A stretch of 64,000 bases of DNA from an uncultured Bacteroidales bacterium (GCA_963789985.1 CAWBNA010000031.1:136043-200042), one strand, 5' to 3'. Positions 27,701 through 42,100 are shown, numbered from the stretch's first letter. The notes: generated by a model from the sequence alone, not told the origin. Numbers and translations are program-made.

Positions 27701-29025
27701 CTGATGCAGGGATTGTGACGCGGATCGAAGCTTTTCTCGACAGCCTGAAAGGATCTGAAAAAAATGAAATTAAGGAAGTGAAGATTTTCAGACCACGCCG
27801 CGGTCAATCAACTCATTACAACGGCAGAACACTCTATTTCCCCTATATGCACGACGGAGCTTACATGGTCGCTGCAGCAGCCAGGAGCGTAGGCATCCAC
27901 TCGGAGGTACTTCCGAAACAGACTGATGAAGAGATTACACTGGGAAGAAAATATACCTCTTCAAAGGAGTGTTTCCCAATGATATGCACCACAGGAAGCT
28001 TCCTCAAAAAATTATTCGAACCTGGAGCTGACCCTTCAAAAATGAGCTTTTTCATGCCTGATCACAACGGACCGTGCAGATTCGGCCAGTACAATCACTT
28101 CCAGAGGATCCTTTTTGACAGGCTGGGATTCGGGAAAGCCGAGATTCTGACTCCTTCAAATGATACTTCCTATGCAGATCTCGCCGGGAAAAAGAGCCAG
28201 ACGTTCAGGATCAATGCATGGAAAGGGTTTGTTTCGTTCGATTATCTGAGACAGCTTTACAGGGAAACGCGACCCTACGAAATAAATAAAGGGGAAACAG
28301 AAGGCATTTATGAAGCTTCCCTTAAGAAAATTGAACATTGCATTGAATCAGGATCAAAAGGGCTTCACGGGCTGCTGGTGAGCGTGGCATCTGATTTCAT
28401 GGACATAAGGGTTGACAAAAGCCGCAGGAAACCAGTCGTTTCAATACTTGGTGAGATTTATATGCGCGATAATGCAGGATGTAACGGCAATATCGCAAAC
28501 AGGTTAGAAGACCTTGGTGTGGAAGTGCTCATCGGTCCTTTCTCGGAATGGATAACATATTCTACTTACCGTTATACCCGCGACAGCAAATGGAAGAATG
28601 ACAAAAAAGGAATAATTAAGTCAAGGATCCAGGAGATAGGTCAGGAAGCAATTGTAAGCTACCTTCTCAGAGGTATAAAGAAATTCACGGATCGCGGGAA
28701 AGATGTCTCTCTCCACGAAATGCTGAAATTTTGCAATACTTACGTAAATGAGTTTTACGATGGTGACCCTCCAATTGCAATGGGATCATCTGTTGCACTC
28801 GCTGAACGCGGCATTGCCGGCATTGCTGCCATACTTCCATTCACCTGCATGCCCGGAACGCTTATTGCAGCAGTAAGCGATTCGTTCCGCAAGGACCACA
28901 ACAATATACCGTTTATCAATATAGCTTACGACGGGCAGGATTCCGTATCACTTGAAACAAGGTTACAGGCTTTTATATTCCAGGTTAAGGAATATGCTGC
29001 ATTAGTGGAACCGGGAATTGAATGA
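24778..29025 (+). CDS. Fusion protein: two BcrAD/BadFG (HgdC-type) activator ATPase modules + Cys-rich 2-hydroxyacyl-CoA-dehydratase/DUF2229-like C-terminal half
   Basis: 1415-aa ORF. There are two acetate/sugar-kinase-fold modules, starting LGLDIGSVS and LGIDVGSLS. Each carries the activator cluster ligand motifs: NSICAAGTGSF/GRCSVFAKSD and NKVCAAGTGSF/DRCTVFMESD. These are followed by CQACTNHC...GGRCEKY and further conserved Cys (ETCLP, NCNCPW, FRCGPD, KECFPMIC, GPCRFG, FTCMPG). Confidence 0.85.
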   Translation: MLQDHIAKVKNGQKVYLGLDIGSVSLNTVILDQSYKILEEHYDYVHGKPFNVLKERLDSVFSAISPDQISGIAVTGTGGKLATELIGGIFVNEIIAQATSTGIMYPEARTVIEIGGEDSKLILLEKDASGGNSRLVDFEMNSICAAGTGSFLDQQARRIGVSIDKEFGEMALKSVDPPRIAGRCSVFAKSDMIHHQQIATPLHDIVAGLCFALARNFRSNVARSREIIKPVVFSGGVAANTGMVRAFREVLDLGPGELIIPEHHASMGAIGAVIYAHSNKMEMNHFHGMDRLCEYLSESSTAFKSLPPLRKADAVYDKLVRFRKNGQEKLPVYLGIDVGSLSTNVVLIDEKHNVVARRYLPTSGKPLEAIQKGMTEIYDEVGSVVEVIGAGTTGSGRYLTGDFIGADTIQNEITAQATAAIDFDPTVDTIFEIGGQDSKYISIENGVVVDFEMNKVCAAGTGSFLEEQAEKLNINIVDEFGELALNSEFPVKLGDRCTVFMESDLNTFMQKGARNENLVGGLAYSIVYNYLQKVVAERRVGNKIFFQGGVTNNKAVVAAFEQVTGKKITIPPHFDVTGAIGAAILAQRSMKKYQRTTFKGFGIRNVQYVQSMFVCQACTNHCEIRKVRIAGEKKSLFYGGRCEKYETDGRKKTNNNIPDLFKKRLCMLMEGYEEKRNQGAVTIGIPRALMVFYQQFPFWRTFFEEMGFRVVISKESDKTLVTRSIETIATETCLPVELMHGHVIDLAEQGTDYIFTPFIVNAKNQKGNNTSNCNCPWIQTYPFMIRAALRGKVDESKLLMPTLHFRYERVLIKEMTTYFSKKFSIDKKRIREAVYKADEVQVLFEKGLVDYGRNVLKNIPANCRPVILLGRPYNCTDSFLNLDLVNKLIAQNVMPIPVDMLDLSSFNIFESYRNMYWPNGQKIVAAAQYVAGTEGLNAVYLSNFRCGPDSFIWHYVTEELKGKPFLHLEVDEHSADAGIVTRIEAFLDSLKGSEKNEIKEVKIFRPRRGQSTHYNGRTLYFPYMHDGAYMVAAAARSVGIHSEVLPKQTDEEITLGRKYTSSKECFPMICTTGSFLKKLFEPGADPSKMSFFMPDHNGPCRFGQYNHFQRILFDRLGFGKAEILTPSNDTSYADLAGKKSQTFRINAWKGFVSFDYLRQLYRETRPYEINKGETEGIYEASLKKIEHCIESGSKGLHGLLVSVASDFMDIRVDKSRRKPVVSILGEIYMRDNAGCNGNIANRLEDLGVEVLIGPFSEWITYSTYRYTRDSKWKNDKKGIIKSRIQEIGQEAIVSYLLRGIKKFTDRGKDVSLHEMLKFCNTYVNEFYDGDPPIAMGSSVALAERGIAGIAAILPFTCMPGTLIAAVSDSFRKDHNNIPFINIAYDGQDSVSLETRLQAFIFQVKEYAALVEPGIE

Positions 29026-29050
29026 TTCCAAGCTCATTGGCTAACACAGC

Positions 29051-30184
29051 TTATTTTGTGACTTTGAACCCCAGCCCCTTAATGATTTTTTCGGTTTCAG
29101 CCGGACAATCTTTCAGGCAAATCTTAAATGAAGGGAATTCACGTCTTACGGGGTAATTTTCCCTCAGACTTTCAAACCTCGATGGATCAAATCTCAGCTT
29201 GACATCATCCTCGACAATATTATAGGAATGAAAAACAGCCTTCCTGATTATTTCTTCGCTGCTTTTACCTTCGCAGTCAAGATTAAGTTCTTGATTTTCA
29301 GGAGATGGAATTTCGGCCGGAAACCAGTTGCCCAGATGCTTTATCATAAAGGCTTCACTCAGAGCGCGTACTATTATTGATGTCCCGTTTGCTTTGCCAT
29401 CGGCAGAATAGCCTGCAATATGAGGTGTCGCAAGAAATGTCATGTGCATCAATGGAATATTTATTTCCGGCTCCTTTTCCCATACATCAAGCACTGCACC
29501 TCCCAGCTTGTCGAAAGAAATGGCATCCATCAATGTATCGCTGTCGACCACCTCTCCCCTGCTTGTATTAATAATCCAGCAACCGGGTTTAACCTTTCTG
29601 AAAGTCCGGGAATCAAATAAATGGAATGTCCTGTCATCCCCTTCCATATTAAGCGGTACATGAAGAGATATTATATCTGATTCAGCGAGAATACGGTCGA
29701 GACTCACGAAGTTCTTTTTCTTTTCTCTTCTCTCTCTTGGCGGGTCGTTTAAAAGAGTATTCATCCCCAGTGTTTTAGCAAGCTTTTCAACTTTTGTCCC
29801 CACATTCCCGACCCCAACGATTCCAATTGTCTTATTCTTCAGGATGAAGCCAGATTCGGATGAGATCCTTAACAGCGCTGAAGCAATGTACTGCTGGACT
29901 GAAGATGAATTACACCCTGGTGCATTCGTCCATTTGATGTTGTTTTTTTCACACCATGAAGTGTCAATATGATCATAGCCGATTGTTGCAGTTCCAATGA
30001 ATTTGACGGCCGAGCTGCCCAACAGGTCCCTGTTGCAGAGAGTTCTTGTCCTGATCAGTAATGCGTCGGCTTCATGCACTACATCACGTGTAATAAATTT
30101 AGCCGGCAAATAAGTAATGTCGGCAAATGATTCAAGGACACCTTTCAGAAAAGGAATTTTATCATCTGCGACAATTCTGATCAT
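29051..30184 (-). CDS. pdxB: 4-phosphoerythronate dehydrogenase
   Basis: 377-aa ORF. It is colinear with E. coli PdxB as I recall it: KFIGTATIGYDHID, APGCNSSSV, IGIVGVGNVG, LLNDPPR, INTSRGEVVD, LDVWEKEPE, TPHIAGYS, and the PdxB-specific C-terminal dimerisation domain (LRENYPVRREF). Confidence 0.85.
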   Translation of the reverse strand: MIRIVADDKIPFLKGVLESFADITYLPAKFITRDVVHEADALLIRTRTLCNRDLLGSSAVKFIGTATIGYDHIDTSWCEKNNIKWTNAPGCNSSSVQQYIASALLRISSESGFILKNKTIGIVGVGNVGTKVEKLAKTLGMNTLLNDPPRERREKKKNFVSLDRILAESDIISLHVPLNMEGDDRTFHLFDSRTFRKVKPGCWIINTSRGEVVDSDTLMDAISFDKLGGAVLDVWEKEPEINIPLMHMTFLATPHIAGYSADGKANGTSIIVRALSEAFMIKHLGNWFPAEIPSPENQELNLDCEGKSSEEIIRKAVFHSYNIVEDDVKLRFDPSRFESLRENYPVRREFPSFKICLKDCPAETEKIIKGLGFKVTK

Positions 30185-30453
30185 GTTTATTTTTTTTGGA
30201 AAGATAATAAATTTAAAAGGTTCATTTTCTTAATTCATTTGGTTAAAATTAACAAATCTTCTATTTATGAACATTAATCATCCGGAACGGAAAAAACAGA
30301 AACTGGCCTGTTTGTCGGCACTCCGGAAAAACCATTAACATATTGAATCACTTATTAATAGGCTTTCAAAGATTTATTTTATCAAAATCTGGATCCATTT
30401 TTAACTGACTGTAAAGCATTAATTTAAAGTCACAATATTTTAGTAAATATTGC

Positions 30454-30461
30454 TACCTTTG
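30454..30461 (+). promoter_or_regulatory. Candidate Bacteroidota -7 promoter box (TAnnTTTG)
   Basis: TACCTTTG lies 75 nt upstream of the ATG at 30536. The -33 TTTG partner is not clear. Confidence 0.3.
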
Positions 30462-30535
30462 TATTAGTGATATTTGATTATCTTAGATATGATAATTTTA
30501 GACAATAAATTATTCAGATTGCTAATTTTTTTACT

Positions 30536-31429
30536 ATGAAATCAAAAATTACCCTAATTTTATTAATGTTGATCCCCGCTGGAATAACTGCACAGAAACC
30601 TGTTCTGATTACAGAAGACAGTTTAAAGATCGGAAAAAGTCTGGCGCCTGCCCTTACGGTTTCAATTCCCGAGGTGGAATATGAAAAAACCCTCAAAAAC
30701 TGGACAAAGGAATTGCAGTCAGGGACAAAATCAAAAGTTGTCACTGAGAACGGTGAGATGTCAATCTTCGGGGCCAAGATCAAGGAAATCAGTCCAAACC
30801 CGCTGAATGTTTACAGTAAGCTTACCGCTGTCGATTCAATGGTTCAGATAGTCGTATCATTTGAAGTCAAGAAGGACGAGTACATTGAAAAAAATAGCGG
30901 TGAGGCTGACTTTGTAAAGGCCCAGAATTACCTGAAAGAATTTGCAAAGGATCAGTACATTGATGTTGCCAAAGATCAGGCAGACAGAGAACAAAAGAAG
31001 CTTCGTGACCTCCAGAAAGAGTTGTCGTCGCTCGAAAATGAGAAATCCCACCTTCAGAGATCAATCCAGTCTGATAACAATACCATTGCAAGCGAGAAGG
31101 AGAATATTGCAGTTCAGAACAATGAACTGGCAACAGTGACAGCTGCCCTGCTTGAACAGAACAACCAGCTGGATACAATTAAAGATGAGATTGCAAAAAA
31201 AGCAAAGGAAGCTGCCATAAAGGACCTCGAAAAGAGGAAAAAGAAAGCACTGAATTCCATTGAATCTTCTGAAAACCGGGTAAATAAGTCAAACAACAAC
31301 ATTGACAAGGCCAACGGCGATATCCCGAAAAACGAAAAAATGCAGGAAAAATTAAGGGATCAGATTGCCGAGCAGGAGGCTGTTTATCAAAGCTATGCCG
31401 ATAAAGTCAAAAAGATCAAATCATATTAA
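30536..31429 (+). CDS. Secreted hypothetical protein: ~130-aa globular N-domain + long coiled coil
   Basis: 297-aa ORF with signal peptide MKSKITLILLMLIPAGITAQ. The C-terminal ~165 aa is rich in heptad-like E/K/Q/L. I recognise no family. Confidence 0.6.
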   Translation: MKSKITLILLMLIPAGITAQKPVLITEDSLKIGKSLAPALTVSIPEVEYEKTLKNWTKELQSGTKSKVVTENGEMSIFGAKIKEISPNPLNVYSKLTAVDSMVQIVVSFEVKKDEYIEKNSGEADFVKAQNYLKEFAKDQYIDVAKDQADREQKKLRDLQKELSSLENEKSHLQRSIQSDNNTIASEKENIAVQNNELATVTAALLEQNNQLDTIKDEIAKKAKEAAIKDLEKRKKKALNSIESSENRVNKSNNNIDKANGDIPKNEKMQEKLRDQIAEQEAVYQSYADKVKKIKSY

Positions 31430-31455
31430 TAAGCGTTCAGTTTATTAACTTTCAC

Positions 31456-31487
31456 ATCCCCTTTACCCCTTCGAAGGGGATTTTTTT
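31456..31487 (+). terminator. Rho-independent terminator
   Basis: The perfect palindrome CCCCTTCGAAGGGG (31466-31479) is followed by ATTTTTTT. It lies 27 nt after the stop of the 30536-31429 gene. Confidence 0.7.
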
Positions 31488-31516
31488 GTTTGAGCCTGTC
31501 GTAAAATGATCCTTTA

Positions 31517-32113
31517 TCATTTGTCTTTTTTAATAAACTCTCCCAGTTCCCTGTAAACCTGGTCGATCGGAAGGCCCATCACATTGAAATATGATCCTTC
31601 AATTTTGCAGCAGGCTGCAAGGCCAATCCATTCCTGAATGCCATAAGCTCCTGCCTTGTCGTAAGGCCTGAAATTACTAATGTAATATATTAGTTCTTCG
31701 TCACTGAGTTCCGTAAAAGTCACTCTTGTGGATGAGTAAAAAGACCTTCTCTTTTTTGCCGACAGAAGGCACACACCCGTTATCACCTCATGGGTTTTCC
31801 CGGATATTGCACGAAGTATTTCATATGCATCGGCCTCATTTTCCGGTTTGTCAAGAATCCTGTCACCGCACCATACAATTGTATCGGCTGTAATTACCAG
31901 TTCATTGTCCTTAATTTCCTGTGCGAACTGGTCGGCCTTGCTTCCTGCAATGTACAAAGCTATTTTTTCACCTTTAAGATCATGAGGGTAATCTTCTTCC
32001 CAGTTTTTGGTGACAACCTCAAATCTGAGTCCAAGCTCCCTCAGAAGCTGTTGCCGTCTGGGGGAACGCGATGCAAGAATAATCCTGTATTTATTGATCT
32101 GGTCAATAACCAT
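31517..32113 (-). CDS. maf: Maf-like nucleoside triphosphate pyrophosphatase (septum formation protein Maf)
   Basis: 198-aa ORF. ILASRSPRRQQLL, TADTIV and KAGAYGIQ are diagnostic Maf motifs. Confidence 0.85.
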   Translation of the reverse strand: MVIDQINKYRIILASRSPRRQQLLRELGLRFEVVTKNWEEDYPHDLKGEKIALYIAGSKADQFAQEIKDNELVITADTIVWCGDRILDKPENEADAYEILRAISGKTHEVITGVCLLSAKKRRSFYSSTRVTFTELSDEELIYYISNFRPYDKAGAYGIQEWIGLAACCKIEGSYFNVMGLPIDQVYRELGEFIKKDK

Positions 32114-32114
32114 G

Positions 32115-33098
32115 CTACATCAGATTCCAGGTAAGGATCAGTTTCACGACAACGGAATAAAGAAGTCCGGTAACCATCACAATTTTCATAAGACTGCTGG
32201 CCTGATGAAGCTGTTTCTTCTCCCTGCCTTTTACAAGGTAATAAACAACAGAAATCAGTGGAACAGCTATCGCAAGAGAAATATATATAAGCGTAATTTT
32301 ATCGTTCAATATGAAGCCCCATACAAGATACAGCATCACAACAGTAACGATGACAAGGCATATGGAGACTATTTTTGCACTGAAAGTTCCTATAACCACG
32401 GGTATCGTATTTCTTCCGTATATCATATCACCTTCAAAATCCTCAATATCTTTGATAATTTCACGGGTGAGGGTTATCAGAAAAGAAAAAATGGCAAATC
32501 CTCCGACCCAGAAAAAAATCAGGTTCAGCTGGGGTGGCGACATAGCCTTAACTGCATAGTACCTGTAAAGGGCCGGCCATTCGTAAATGACAACAAGCAT
32601 AGGAACCATGGCAACGAGAACTGACACAATCACATTACCCAGGAGAAACTGACTCTTATAACTTGCGGAATAAAAATAAAGCAGACCCGAGACAACAAGG
32701 AAAACTAATCCCAACCAAATATACCCGGCTTTCCATGATATATAAAATCCAAGGGCGACGCCAATGGTATTTAGAATGCTATGCCACATCATTGCCATTC
32801 TTCGCGGAATTCTTGTGCCGACAATGACCTCGCCCCTGTTTATCAGGTCTGTTTTGATATCAAAATAGTCATTTATGACATAACCTCCGGCTGTGATGAA
32901 AACCGTCGCGGTTACAAGGATCAGAAAATCGTACCATGGAAACTGTAGTGTGAGTGGGACAGCCTCACCGTTCCCTTCAATCATTATTACCTGTATCTTG
33001 CTGATTACAGGTTCAATAATAGCATATCTCATCAGGATCATTGTTACTATGACCAAAAGAAGATTCTGCCATCTTATAAGGTTCAGAAATGCTTTCAT
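32115..33098 (-). CDS. UbiA-family prenyltransferase (geranylgeranylglycerol-phosphate geranylgeranyltransferase-like)
   Basis: 327-aa ORF with about 8-9 TM helices. It has the Asp-rich motif YVINDYFDIKTD and a second D-rich motif KDIEDFEGD. Confidence 0.8.
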   Translation of the reverse strand: MKAFLNLIRWQNLLLVIVTMILMRYAIIEPVISKIQVIMIEGNGEAVPLTLQFPWYDFLILVTATVFITAGGYVINDYFDIKTDLINRGEVIVGTRIPRRMAMMWHSILNTIGVALGFYISWKAGYIWLGLVFLVVSGLLYFYSASYKSQFLLGNVIVSVLVAMVPMLVVIYEWPALYRYYAVKAMSPPQLNLIFFWVGGFAIFSFLITLTREIIKDIEDFEGDMIYGRNTIPVVIGTFSAKIVSICLVIVTVVMLYLVWGFILNDKITLIYISLAIAVPLISVVYYLVKGREKKQLHQASSLMKIVMVTGLLYSVVVKLILTWNLM

Positions 33099-33101
33099 AA
33101 A

Positions 33102-33623
33102 TCACCAGCTAAATGCATCAGTATCCATCCACTTGTCGTGTAGCCGCATTACCTGTTCAATGATATCCCTTGCACAGCCTTCACCGCCTTTCTTATCAGA
33201 AACATATGACGACACCTGTTTTATTTCGCTGTCGGCATCAGCCGGACAAACAGCTATTCCTGCCTCTTTCATGACCTCATAATCTGGTATGTCGTCGCCC
33301 ATGAAAAGAACTTCAGCCCTATCGAGTCCGTTCCTGCTCAGAAATAATTTAAAATCAGTAAGCTTGGAGCGGCTGTTCAGATATACTTCATTGATCCCCA
33401 AAAGTTTAAGTCGTTTAAGGTACTCTTTCGATTTGCTGCCTGAGATGATTGCTATATGGTAACCCTTTTTAACCGCAAGCTGGAGCGCATATCCGTCGCG
33501 AAGATTCACAGTCCTGTTTGGCACGCCAAAAGCGTTGAGTGCAATGGTCTGGGTAGAAAGAACGCCGTCGATGTCGAAAACGAAAGCTTTGACTCTTGCC
33601 AGTTCCTCTTTAAAGTTGGTCAT
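33102..33623 (-). CDS. kdsC: 3-deoxy-D-manno-octulosonate-8-phosphate phosphatase (HAD-IIIA, KdsC family)
   Basis: 173-aa ORF. FVFDIDGVLS, RDGYAL, SGSKS and MGDDIPD are the typical KdsC motifs and spacing. Confidence 0.8.
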   Translation of the reverse strand: MTNFKEELARVKAFVFDIDGVLSTQTIALNAFGVPNRTVNLRDGYALQLAVKKGYHIAIISGSKSKEYLKRLKLLGINEVYLNSRSKLTDFKLFLSRNGLDRAEVLFMGDDIPDYEVMKEAGIAVCPADADSEIKQVSSYVSDKKGGEGCARDIIEQVMRLHDKWMDTDAFSW

Positions 33624-34446
33624 CCTTGGTGTTTTTGTAATTGCGTATAATCGATTCTGTCATTTCCCTATAGATCTTCTGCAATTCAGGGGAGAAAGAT
33701 AAAATATTGATATGTTTTTCAATAGTACCCATGTCAAGCCTTACCGCAGGGCCGGTTTGTGATTTCTCGGGACCCTCCTTAATTGCTTTATTAACTGTCT
33801 CACGAATAAGAGGTTCCAGGATTTCAAAAGGTAATCCGGCTTTCCCTGCAATTTTCTTCCCTTCAGTGAACATAAAATTTGTAAAGTTATTCACAAAAAC
33901 CGCTGCCACATGCAGGATTTTTCTGCGATCTTCATCAATTGACCGGACCTCTGCCCCAATTGATCCGGCAATTTGTTCCAGCTTTTCAATTGTTTCAGGG
34001 TCAGAACCATCTACGAAAACGGGCAGATTAGTGTAGTCAATTAAGCGTCCTTCTGAAAAAGTCTGAAGTGGATAAAAGACACCCTTGTGATTAATATTTT
34101 CAGGAAAAACATCCAGTCCGAGACTTCCGGCTGTATGTGCGACAATAGTATTAGTTATGCATTTTACTTCTGAAAGGATTTTTTTGACTGAATCGTCAGG
34201 GACAGCGGCAATGATCACACAGGAGCGATCATAAAAAGTCAGCTCCGGCGACCAGGAGGCATGGCATTCTTCTGCAAGCTTCCTTCCATTTCTTTCGTTT
34301 CTTGAGACAACAGTCGCTATCGGAAAGCCTGTTTTAAATAACTGTCTGCTTAATGAAGCCGCAACTCTTCCTGCTCCAATAAATGATATGGTGCATTTTT
34401 CCAAAGGGTTTATTTTTCCGAAATTTACGAAAACTGATGCATACAA
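33610..34446 (-). CDS. Rossmann-fold / DUF2520 domain protein (ProC/ApbA-like putative oxidoreductase)
   Basis: 278-aa ORF with the N-terminal dinucleotide-binding motif ISFIGAGRVA. The C-terminal region, with TGPAVR, is typical of DUF2520. It overlaps kdsC by 14 nt. Confidence 0.65.
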   Translation of the reverse strand: MYASVFVNFGKINPLEKCTISFIGAGRVAASLSRQLFKTGFPIATVVSRNERNGRKLAEECHASWSPELTFYDRSCVIIAAVPDDSVKKILSEVKCITNTIVAHTAGSLGLDVFPENINHKGVFYPLQTFSEGRLIDYTNLPVFVDGSDPETIEKLEQIAGSIGAEVRSIDEDRRKILHVAAVFVNNFTNFMFTEGKKIAGKAGLPFEILEPLIRETVNKAIKEGPEKSQTGPAVRLDMGTIEKHINILSFSPELQKIYREMTESIIRNYKNTKDDQL

Positions 34447-34460
34447 CTACCGGAGGGTCT

Positions 34461-34492
34461 AATAATAAAAAAGGTGTCAGTAGAGACACCTT
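34461..34492 (-). terminator. Rho-independent terminator ending the rpoBC-DUF3467 transcription unit
   Basis: On the minus strand AAGGUGUC-UCUACU-GACACCUU is followed by UUUUAUUAUU. It lies 25 nt after the DUF3467 stop. Confidence 0.7.
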
Positions 34493-34516
34493 TTTCCGAA
34501 TATAGATACTTTTTAA

Positions 34517-34834
34517 TCACGCCTGTGCCGTAGGTCCGCCGAAAGACATAGGCAGAACCGGCGCCGATCCCTTTACTTCCTTGATAGTGCCGTTGACTGA
34601 TTCATACTTGGCAATATTATCCTGAAGAGCCGCGACGAGCCTTTTTGCGTGTTCGGGTGTAAGGATTATCCTTGATTTTACCTGTGCCTTCGGTACTCCT
34701 GGCATGATTCTTATAAAATCTATCACAAATTCAGATGAGGAGTGAGTTATGACTGCAAGGTTTGAATAGGTTCCCTGTGCCACTTCTTCATTCAGTTCAA
34801 TATTGATCTGTCCCGAATTTTTTTGATCAGTCAT
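34517..34834 (-). CDS. DUF3467 domain protein (conserved small protein downstream of rpoC in Bacteroidota)
   Basis: 105-aa ORF. The pattern INIELNEEVAQGTYSNLAVITHSSSEFVIDFI and its position just after rpoC match the DUF3467 family as I recall it. Confidence 0.65.
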   Translation of the reverse strand: MTDQKNSGQINIELNEEVAQGTYSNLAVITHSSSEFVIDFIRIMPGVPKAQVKSRIILTPEHAKRLVAALQDNIAKYESVNGTIKEVKGSAPVLPMSFGGPTAQA

Positions 34835-34853
34835 GGTTTTATGGATTAAATCC

Positions 34854-39146
<4,293 letters not shown>

Positions 39147-39197
39147 ATACTGTAATTTATTTATTCATTAAATAACACTGATTAGGGTTCCCGGCCG

Positions 39198-42100
39198 TCA
39201 GTCAAGTATGACGCTTAAACCGAGTCCCCTGAGTTCATGCAGCAGCACATTCAGTGATTCCGGAATGCCAGGTTGAGGCATCGGTTCACCTTTAACTATT
39301 GATTCATAAGCTTTTGCACGACCTATAACGTCGTCAGACTTAATAGTCAGGATCTCCTGAAGAGTATAGGCTGCACCGAATGCTTCAAGTGCCCAGACTT
39401 CCATTTCTCCGAAACGCTGGCCTCCGAACTGGGCTTTACCGCCGAGGGGCTGTTGCGTTATCAGGGAATACGGGCCAATAGAACGTGCATGCATCTTGTC
39501 ATCAACCATATGGCCCAGTTTGAGCATATAGATAACGCCGACCGTAGCAGGTTGGTCAAACCGTTCACCTGAACCTCCGTCATAAAGGAAGGTCTTACCG
39601 TATTTAGGCAGTTTTGCCTTTTCAGTATATTCAGTTATCTGGTCAATGGTTGCACCATCAAAAATAGGAGTCGAGAACTGCAGTCCAAGCTTCTGGCCTG
39701 CCCACCCGAGGACAGTTTCATAAATCTGTCCGAGGTTCATCCTCGAAGGGACACCAAGAGGATTAAGCACTATATCGACAGGAGTTCCGTCTTCGAGGAA
39801 CGGCATGTCTTCCTGGCGCACAATCTTTGCAACGATTCCTTTGTTGCCATGGCGCCCTGCCATCTTATCCCCCACTTTTATCTTGCGCTTCTTGGCTATG
39901 TAGACCTTTGCAAGCCTTACAATGCCTGCAGGCAGCTCATCGCCAATTGTGATGTTATATTTTTTGCGCTTATAGATACCATCAATCTCCTTGTATTTGA
40001 TTATGTAGTTGTAAAGGAGCTGCTTGATGCTGTCGTTTTTCTTTTTATCGGTAGTCCATTTATTCGGATTTATATTCAGGAAATCAACCTCCTGCAGTTG
40101 TTTCAGGGTGAATTTGCTCCCTTTGGGAATAATGTCGACATTAAGGTAATCCCTGACACCCTGTGAGGTTTTTCCATTAACCAGTATGAAAAGCTTATCG
40201 ACAAGCCTTGCTTTGAGTTCATCAACATTTTTGTTGAAATCAGATTCAATCTTATCAAGGAGCGGCTTCTCGACAGCTTTTGCTTTTCTGTCCTTGATTG
40301 CACGTGTGAACAGCTTCTTATCGATAACAACACCCTCAAGTGACGGTCCTGCCTTCAGGGAAGCATCCTTTACATCTCCCGCTTTGTCGCCGAAGATTGC
40401 CCGGAGAAGTTTTTCCTCGGGAGAAGGATCAGATTCACCTTTTGGCGTGATCTTGCCTATAAGGATATCGCCCGGCATTATATGGGCGCCAATTCTTATC
40501 AGGCCGTTTTCGTCGAGGTTCTTCGTTGCTTCTTCACTGACATTTGGGATATCTGAAGTAAGTTCCTCGAGACCTCGTTTTGTGTCACGAACCTCAAGGA
40601 GATATTCGTCGATATGCACGGATGTGAACATGTCCTGCTGAACAACTTTTTCAGAGATCACAATTGCATCCTCGAAGTTGTAGCCTTTCCATGGCATGAA
40701 TGCCACTTTCAGGTTGCGCCCGAGTGCAAGTTCACCGTTTCTTGTCCCGTAACCTTCAGTGAGAACCTGCCCTTTTGTCACCTTTTCTCCCTTTCTGACC
40801 ACAGGTGTAAGGTTGATGCAGGTGTTCTGGTTGGTTTTCCTGTATTTAGGAAGAATATAACGCCTGATGTCATCATCAAAACTTACAAATTTTTCCTCAT
40901 CGGTGCGGGTATATCTTATGACTATTTCATTTGAATCGACATATTCCACAACTCCGTCGCCTTCAGCAACGAACAGGATACAGCTGTCTTTAATAACCTG
41001 TGCTTCGAGTCCAGTGCCAACGATAGGAGACTCAGGACTGATAAGAGGTACAGCCTGACGCATCATGTTCGATCCCATAAGGGCCCTGTTTGCGTCGTCG
41101 TGCTCAAGGAATGGAATAAGTGAAGCGGCAATTGATGCGATCTGGTTTGGAGCGACATCCATAAGGTCGACTTTGGTGACCTCCTCGAAAGGATAATCTG
41201 CCTCATACCTGCACTTTGCCCTCTGGTTTTCAAAATGACCGTCTTTTAGAAGAGAAGCATTTGCCTGTGCTATCATCTTCTCTTCCTCCTCTTCAGCAGT
41301 AAGCCAGACAATGCCTTCATTGCTGAAATCGACCTTCGCATCCTTCACCTTAAGGTAAGGCGTTTCTATAAACCCAAGGTCGTTTATTTTGGCATAGACG
41401 CACAAGGAAGAAATGAGTCCGATGTTTGGTCCTTCAGGTGTTTCTATCGGGCACAGACGGCCATAGTGTGTATAGTGGACGTCGCGAACCTCGAAACCTG
41501 CCCTTTCACGCGACAGACCGCCAGGTCCCAGAGCAGACATACGGCGCTTGTGCGTCATTTCTGCCAGAGGGTTGGTCTGGTCCATAAACTGTGAAAGCTG
41601 GTTTGTGCCGAAGAAGGAGTTTATGACAGATGAAAGAGTTTTTGAATTGATAAGATCAACAGGTGTAAACACCTCATTATCCCTGACATTCATTCTTTCA
41701 CGGATGGTTCGTGCCATACGTGCAAGGCCAACCCCAAACTGTGCATATAGTTGTTCTCCGACTGTACGAACCCTCCTGTTGCTGAGGTGATCTATATCAT
41801 CGACATCAGTTTTCGCATTGATAAGTTCAATCAGGTATCCGATGATCTTTATAATGTCTTCCTTTGTAAGGACCTTAACACTCATTTCGGTGTTAAGGCC
41901 AAGCTTTTTATTTATCCTGTATCGGCCAACCTCTCCAAGGTCATATCTCTTGTCGGAGAAGAAAAGCTTGTCGATCACATCCCTGGCCGTAGCTTCATCA
42001 GGCGGCTCAGCGTTGCGCAGCTGCCTGTAGATATAGATGACAGCCTCCTTCTCGGAGTTGCAGGGATCCTTCTGCAGGGTATTATATATTATGGCGAAAT

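Noticed and set aside
33610-34446. Could the ProC-like DUF2520 protein be the missing pyrroline-5-carboxylate reductase partner of the HypD-like enzyme?
   Set aside because: It lies 16 kb away, inside a conserved maf/UbiA/kdsC operon. DUF2520 proteins are not established P5C reductases, and there is no evidence of linkage.
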